Below, one piece after another: positions 60,501-64,000 of a DNA stretch of 64,000 bases (positions are counted from its first letter, which is position 1; every line of letters begins with the position of its first letter). The DNA comes from an uncultured Bacteroidota bacterium (GTDB lineage Bacteria > Bacteroidota > Bacteroidia > Chitinophagales > Chitinophagaceae). Under the pieces are notes generated by a model. The model was given only the letters and a program-made list of their open reading frames with translations. It was not told the origin of the DNA and did no database searches. Made by a program: the position numbers and the translations under genes. The stretch lies in contig CAIKOJ010000098.1 of the NCBI GenBank assembly GCA_903829015.1, positions 1,773 to 65,772 of the forward strand, written 5' to 3'.

Positions 60501-60541
60501 CAGTGAATGGCAGGTATGTGACCAAGGTTACCATTGAATAG
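54566..60541 (+). CDS. Large T9SS-secreted adhesin-like protein: NHL repeats, cadherin/Big-like domain, 19 Ig-like repeats, type A CTD
   Basis: GFAGDG/GNLYIAD.GN.RIRK NHL repeats; 19 units of xCxGxTxxLxDxxxGGxWSxxNxxATVxGxVTGVxxGxxxISY; KVYPNPNKG CTD. Confidence 0.9.
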   Translation: MKCKFLLFCFVMLMTGMFQNGYAQVELISTISGGASGFAGDGSPASAGRFNQNYMITTDAAGNLYIADNGNARIRKITASTGIITTIAGSATTGSGGDGGPATAALLGGVGGPNPGVVGVAVDAAGNVYISDGTNHRIRKVDASTGIITTIAGTTAGYSGDGSSAMTAQLNGPRGICVDAAGNIYIADGGNQRIRKVNGLTGMITTVAGNGTGGYVGDNVVATNTRINNPRSVAIDAAGYLYIADMTNSRIRRVDLATDTIITVVGTGTAGFSGDGGAAATAQVNLPTDMKFDVAGNMLIADVSNNRVRMVTPGGIISTVAGGGGFAGFAGDGSPATSASVRMSSPTSIAPTSNPNYFYISDRGNNRIRYVKPNSIPYFTGGTTMPFVVCQNSIGDTINTLLQVRDTDLAQTLTWSVVTPANHGALVGSALATSNGGAVTPTGLYYTPTTGYSGLDTFVIQISDAYNTSTATVYVTVNPLPVVAAIGGSNTVCLGGTTTLTDATGGGTWSATNANASVASGVVTGLILGVDTINYALTNACGTTTVSKVVTVITTPAIPAAITGPTSVCAGSGIILNDATTGGVWTSSATGIATVGSLTGGVTGVTAGTANISYTVTNACGSAFVFSTVTVNVAPGAISGSAISCVGASNSLTSSPGGGTWTSSNTAAATIGSLTGSVTGVGVGNSTISYTLGNGCFSTLPVTVNAPPASITGSLNVCVGGTTTLTDGGGGTWTSGTPGVATIGSSTGVVTAIAPGTSVITYAVGGCSVTATVTVAANPAAITPATPVNICVGATASLGDVTPAGVWSSGATGIATVGTSGTVTGVSAGSATISYTVSGCSSIKTVTVLPTPTALSPVSARICVGLTATFTESVAGGIWSSSASGTASVVGGVVTGVAAGTATISYAIGTCSVTAPVTVVANPAAITPAGGLNICVGSTGSLADATPGGVWSSGATGIATVGTSGTVTGVGSGVAAISYTVGGCSSLSSVTVNVVPAAISPTTATVCPGSTVTLTDATPGGTWTSTAPSVATVVGGVVTGVTAGTTTISYALGICAVSATVTVNPAPNAGTISGPNTVCTGLTISLTDATSGGVWSSSNPGVATVGTTGIVTGVSFGSVTISYSVTNSCGTAVATYGVTVSAAASAGVISGLSSLCAGTFTIMTETVTGGVWSVTNTNASVTGTGVVTGITPGIDTVKYTVTNACGSVSAVHPINIGPFLTAGTITGASTVCQGSTITLADATPGGVWSSSSTGVATISSGGVVTGVSGGTTTISYTVTSSCGSISATKIVNVTPTPIAGSISGSTTICEGMTGLYTDAAPGGTWSVTNGNATISGGGSLTAITAGVDTVVYTVTNSCGTATAMLEVTIGAAITAGSISGSTTVCEGASITLTDGTPGGVWSASNTNATVVGGIVTGVSAGIVDISYTVTSACGSASAVVTILVDPLPDPGTIAGPSVVCVGTSITLTDAALGGVWSASNANATVVGGVVTGISSGTDDISYTVTNGCGTASAVSTILISVTPFAGTISGPSNVCPGASITLTDAAPGGTWSASNTNATVAGGIVTGVTAGTVDISYTVTTGCGTASTSVTIVVDPLPDAGTITGPTNVCIGATITLTDAAPGGVWSASNTNATVSGGVVTGVTAGTDDISYTVTNVCGTASAISTISIDPLPDAGAITGIPFVCVGTTTILADAAPGGVWSASNANATVSGGVVTGVSAGTVDISYSVTNSCGTAVASATITVNDPPTVGAISGPTTVCKTSTITLTNGTAGGVWSATNSRATVTSAGLVTGVATGIDTIKYTVSNACGSVSAMKAITVIQTPSPGTITGASTVCEGATIILTDPVTGGAWSSSSTSTATVSGGVVTGVATGSATIYYTVSNVCGTRSATHAVTVLSASDCSAAVKTTAAVQDELKVYPNPNKGVFSMNLIAENEEQVNVVITNIIGKKVKEFNTATNRANEIQMNVAPGIYLLTATTVNGRYVTKVTIE

Positions 60542-60562
60542 TAGTTGAGCTTATTAAGTTAA

Positions 60563-60597
60563 AAAACGGGGCTGTTCTTACTGAACAGCCCCGTTTT
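60563..60597 (+). terminator. Rho-independent terminator (15-bp perfect stem)
   Basis: AAAACGGGGCTGTTC-TTACT-GAACAGCCCCGTTTT. Confidence 0.88.
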
Positions 60598-60791
60598 CAT
60601 TTCGGGTAAAAGGTATGTGGAAAAACAGCTTATGCGGTTGGGCACTGTTTTTGCAGGTTGGGAATTTACCTGACTTACCAACAATTTTTGGTCAAAAACG
60701 GGCTCTAATCCTTTACAGCAAAGGGTTTGGCCGGTTCCGAAAATTGTGGATATCTTCTTTTTGAAAATAGAAATCGTGTGTTTTTTTCAGC

Positions 60792-60799
60792 TAATTTTG
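60792..60799 (+). promoter_or_regulatory. -7 promoter element for recA
   Basis: TAATTTTG, 11 nt before ATG 60811. Confidence 0.6.
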
Positions 60800-60810
60800 G
60801 TAAAAGATTT

Positions 60811-61824
60811 ATGGCTAAAACAGCAAGTAATATGGCAGACGATAAATTAAAAGTTTTGAAACTGGCGCTCGACAAGATCGAGAAAGATTACGGAAAGGGT
60901 TCTGTAATGATGCTTGGAGACAAGCAAAACGAAAAGATGGATGTGATCAGCACAGGCTCAATAGGGCTTGATGTGGCACTGGGAGTAGGCGGATTGCCAT
61001 GTGGCAGGATCGTAGAGATATACGGTCCGGAATCATCTGGTAAAACGACGGTAGCTATACATACAATTGCACAGGCACAAAAGAAAGGCGGTATATGTGC
61101 TATTATAGATGCGGAACACGCATTTGATGCCAGCTATGCACGCAAGCTAGGTGTAGACGTTGATAACCTTATTATATCGCAGCCCGACTACGGTGAGCAG
61201 GGGCTTGAGATCGCTGATCGCCTGATATCATCTGGTGCGGTGGATGTGGTGGTTATTGACTCTGTTGCTGCACTTGTGCCGAAGGGAGAACTGGACGGTG
61301 AAATGGGTGAAAGCAAAATGGGTCTGCAGGCGCGCCTAATGAGCCAGGCACTCAGAAAGCTTACGGCTACTATATCAAGAACAGGCTGCTGCTGTATATT
61401 CATTAATCAGCTCAGGGAGAAAATTGGTGTGATGTTTGGCAATCCGGAGACTACTACGGGTGGTAATGCGCTTAAGTTTTATGCTTCAGTGCGTTTGGAT
61501 ATACGTCGTATCAGTCAGATAAAAGATGGAGATGTAGCCAGCGGTAACCGTACAAGGGTGAAAGTGGTGAAAAACAAAGTGGCACCGCCATTCAGGCAGG
61601 TGGAATTTGATATCATCTTTGGAGAAGGTATCAGCAAAATGGGAGAGATCATTGATATGGGTGTAGAACTGGGTATTCTGCAGAAGAGCGGATCCTGGTT
61701 CAGCTACAACGATAGTAAAATAGGTCAGGGCAGGGATTCTGTAAAACAGTTCCTTACCGACAACCCGGAGATGAGCGATGAGATCGAGAAAAAGATCAGG
61801 GAATCGCTGCTGGTGGTTGCATAA
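60811..61824 (+). CDS. recA: Recombinase A
   Basis: [16 protein letters not shown] and [12 protein letters not shown] motifs; start ATG 60811 (alternative 60832). Confidence 0.98.
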   Translation: MAKTASNMADDKLKVLKLALDKIEKDYGKGSVMMLGDKQNEKMDVISTGSIGLDVALGVGGLPCGRIVEIYGPESSGKTTVAIHTIAQAQKKGGICAIIDAEHAFDASYARKLGVDVDNLIISQPDYGEQGLEIADRLISSGAVDVVVIDSVAALVPKGELDGEMGESKMGLQARLMSQALRKLTATISRTGCCCIFINQLREKIGVMFGNPETTTGGNALKFYASVRLDIRRISQIKDGDVASGNRTRVKVVKNKVAPPFRQVEFDIIFGEGISKMGEIIDMGVELGILQKSGSWFSYNDSKIGQGRDSVKQFLTDNPEMSDEIEKKIRESLLVVA

Positions 61825-61854
61825 GAGAGAGTTTGTTTAGTTGGTTTAGTACAC

Positions 61855-61886
61855 AAGTGCCATGCGTGAAGTATGGCACTTTTTTT
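61855..61886 (+). terminator. Rho-independent terminator after recA
   Basis: AAGTGCCAT…ATGGCACTT stem followed by a T-run. Confidence 0.8.
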
Positions 61887-62055
61887 GTGCTATTGGAATG
61901 ATGATTATTCTTCATTTTTATTTGGAACGGACGAAAATCAAAACCGAGTAAATTCAAATAACTACGCACTTTACTCATTTGTAAAGAGGAGCAGCCGGTA
62001 CTTGTTTCCAAAAACTACGGCATGATAGTCAATTGAAACGAATTTGACTTAATGG

Positions 62056-62449
62056 CTACTGATTCCATACTGTAGATACAAACTTTGACGCTATTATTTT
62101 GGGATCATTTGTAATTAAAGGATACCCATGCACTCTGCCGGAGGCGGCAATAATGCGGTCATGTAATTCAGGAATATCAGTTATTTCAAAGGTGCTATTT
62201 ATCACTTCAATATCGATAGCATGAACGGGAATGTTGTGCTTTTTCAAATAAGCCAAGGTATCTGGCAATGTAAGGTCAATTTTTTTTCTTTTCAGATAAG
62301 TAGCCTATTTCTGCAAGTACCATTGCAGGAACATAAAGTTTTACTTCATTTTTTTCTGCTTTGGCAAATAACGTTTTGACATTTTGCGGCATCGTTCGTT
62401 TTTCCAACCAAAGAATTACTGCCATTGTATCTGCGATAAACCCATCCAT
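62056..62449 (-). pseudogene. PIN-domain (VapC-like) toxin with +1 frameshift in an A8 tract at 62280-62287
   Basis: MDGFIADTMAVILW…VPAMVLAEIGYLSEKKK, then in the shifted frame IDLTLPD…ELHDRIIAASG..GYPLITND; A7 gives a 130-aa protein. Confidence 0.85.
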
Positions 62450-62453
62450 AATA

Positions 62454-62672
62454 TTACTCGTGGGGATAAGCGATTTTGTAATCAATGAATTCTTCTTCAA
62501 GATGGGTGATTTCTGAAGTATCAAGCTCAGTCAACCCGCTTTGAACGGAAGTAAGAGTTCCAGCTTTTTTTAACTTCAGAAATTGAATAAAATCCAGCAC
62601 TTCCTGTAGTATATCTACTGGAAGCCCTTTTGAACTTTGGATGATCTGATTTTCAATTTGCGATGCCGTCAT
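62454..62672 (-). CDS. DUF2281-like putative antitoxin
   Basis: LP.DILQEVLDFIQFLK pattern; directly upstream of the PIN gene. Confidence 0.75.
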   Translation of the reverse strand: MTASQIENQIIQSSKGLPVDILQEVLDFIQFLKLKKAGTLTSVQSGLTELDTSEITHLEEEFIDYKIAYPHE

Positions 62673-62882
62673 ATACGTCTGAATTACTAATACAAATATA
62701 AGAAAAATAGTTCTCTACTGCTTCCTTCGGAAAAGATGTGCGACTGGAAGCCCATTAGTCAGGTGTGTATGGTTCAGCTGGCTGATTCCAGTTTTCTGAG
62801 TACAGAAAGAAGGTGGATGCCTATGTAGAAATGGTGGATTTATGCTTATTTTTGGCTTTTCTGATACTTACCACTCAATAGT

Positions 62883-63722
62883 ATGATGTCACCCGAACAG
62901 TTCTTTGAACTGATGATTAAAGAATTGGAAGTGCATACCGAAATGCAGCCCTATTATAAGTTTTTGGGTAATCAGTCGTCCTGGCATTTCAGGCGGAATT
63001 ACTTTTTGCAAAGGCTCAGATATATTAAAAAGCAACTGGTAGATTCGCCTGATGCGGATAAATACAGAAAAGATCTGTCGATATGGGACTGCGGCTGCGG
63101 CTATGGTACTACCTGCCTGTTTCTGGCTATGAATGGCATCAAGACCTTCGGGACAACGCTAGAGTTTTATTTTGAGACCATCAATAAACGTAAAGAGTAC
63201 TGGAGCAAGTACGGAGATACGTCTTTATTCACGTTTACGTACGAAAATCTATTTGATAATAAACCAGCGGCTAACAGTTATGACTGGATCATAGTGCAGG
63301 ACACGCTGCACCATCTGGAGCCGATAAACGATGCGCTAAAAATATTTAATGAGAGCCTACGCAAGGGAGGCAGGATTTTATCGATTGAAGAGAATGGTAA
63401 CAACATTATCCAGAGGATAAAACTGTATAAATACAGGGGCAATAAGCGCATCATCACCTTCTACGATGAGAAACTGAAAAAGGACATACTGATAGGTAAC
63501 GAGAACATACGTAGCCTGGCTAGCTGGGATACGCTGTTTAAAAATAACGGGTTCAGTATACCAGATAATACGGTACAGTACGTACGCTATTACCTGCCCT
63601 ATCAGTACAAAAATGCCGACCCTGAAAAATTGCTGCAGCAGGAAGAGCAAATACAATCGACCAAAGGCTTCCGCCGCGAATACCTATTCTTCGGATTGAA
63701 TTTTATAGCCCAAAAGAATTAA
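62883..63722 (+). CDS. Class I SAM-dependent methyltransferase
   Basis: IWDCGCGYGT, YDWIIVQDTLHHL and LRKGGRILSIE motifs. Confidence 0.85.
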   Translation: MMSPEQFFELMIKELEVHTEMQPYYKFLGNQSSWHFRRNYFLQRLRYIKKQLVDSPDADKYRKDLSIWDCGCGYGTTCLFLAMNGIKTFGTTLEFYFETINKRKEYWSKYGDTSLFTFTYENLFDNKPAANSYDWIIVQDTLHHLEPINDALKIFNESLRKGGRILSIEENGNNIIQRIKLYKYRGNKRIITFYDEKLKKDILIGNENIRSLASWDTLFKNNGFSIPDNTVQYVRYYLPYQYKNADPEKLLQQEEQIQSTKGFRREYLFFGLNFIAQKN

Positions 63723-64000
63723 GCGTCACCATTATTCTTTTACTACTCTATTTCTGACTTGATTTCGAGCAGGGTCGTCTTTTTTGTCCAAATATCTGAG
63801 ATACTTATTGAACCCAATTCTTTCACGCCAGTGGCAAAACGCTGGCTGCAAAATCTGCATTATGTTTATGCACTACTGCCGTTTGCGGACAATAACAGGA
63901 TTGATAAGGTTGATAAGAATAAACGCCGGAAAGCATTCGGAGAAGATAACAGTAGGGTTCGGGAAGAGTGGTTTGTTTTCATAGCGGTTCGATTTCTAGG

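Noticed and set aside
63723-64000. Open plus-strand frame running off the window end
   Set aside because: No recognisable motif or clear start; it cannot be judged without downstream sequence.
1-64000. tRNA, rRNA, IS transposase or integrase genes
   Set aside because: None were recognisable by eye; tRNAscan and HMM searches were not possible.

Overview
This is core chromosome from a Bacteroidota bacterium. The evidence is repeated TAnnTTTG -7 promoters, T9SS porP/porE-like genes and T9SS cargo proteins; Chitinophagaceae is likely but is an inference. Housekeeping genes dominate: pcm, tsaC and yciO, fabD, lolA, ftsK, prmA, plsY, an OxyR-like regulator, tex, crcB, sucB, rnc-fabF-acpP, a DEAD-box helicase, rnhA, a lolE-like permease and recA. 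There is also a 1991-aa NHL/Ig-repeat T9SS protein. I found no rRNA, tRNA, CRISPR array, integrase or transposase. The most interesting signal is at gene junctions. (1) A four-helix-bundle gene at the fabD stop is bracketed by inverted 8-mer periodic arms. Similar 7/8-mer arms with no cargo gene occur at other junctions with consistent polarity: G/T-rich after stops, A/C-rich before starts. (2) A repeat-dense intergenic zone at 22.8-25.5 kb contains palindromes nested inside other repeats and an unlisted DUF2256 mini-gene between direct repeats. (3) The sucB 3' end is duplicated around an orphan antitoxin-like gene. (4) A YD-repeat gene is split by a single in-frame TGA. (5) A PIN toxin is frameshifted in an A8 tract.
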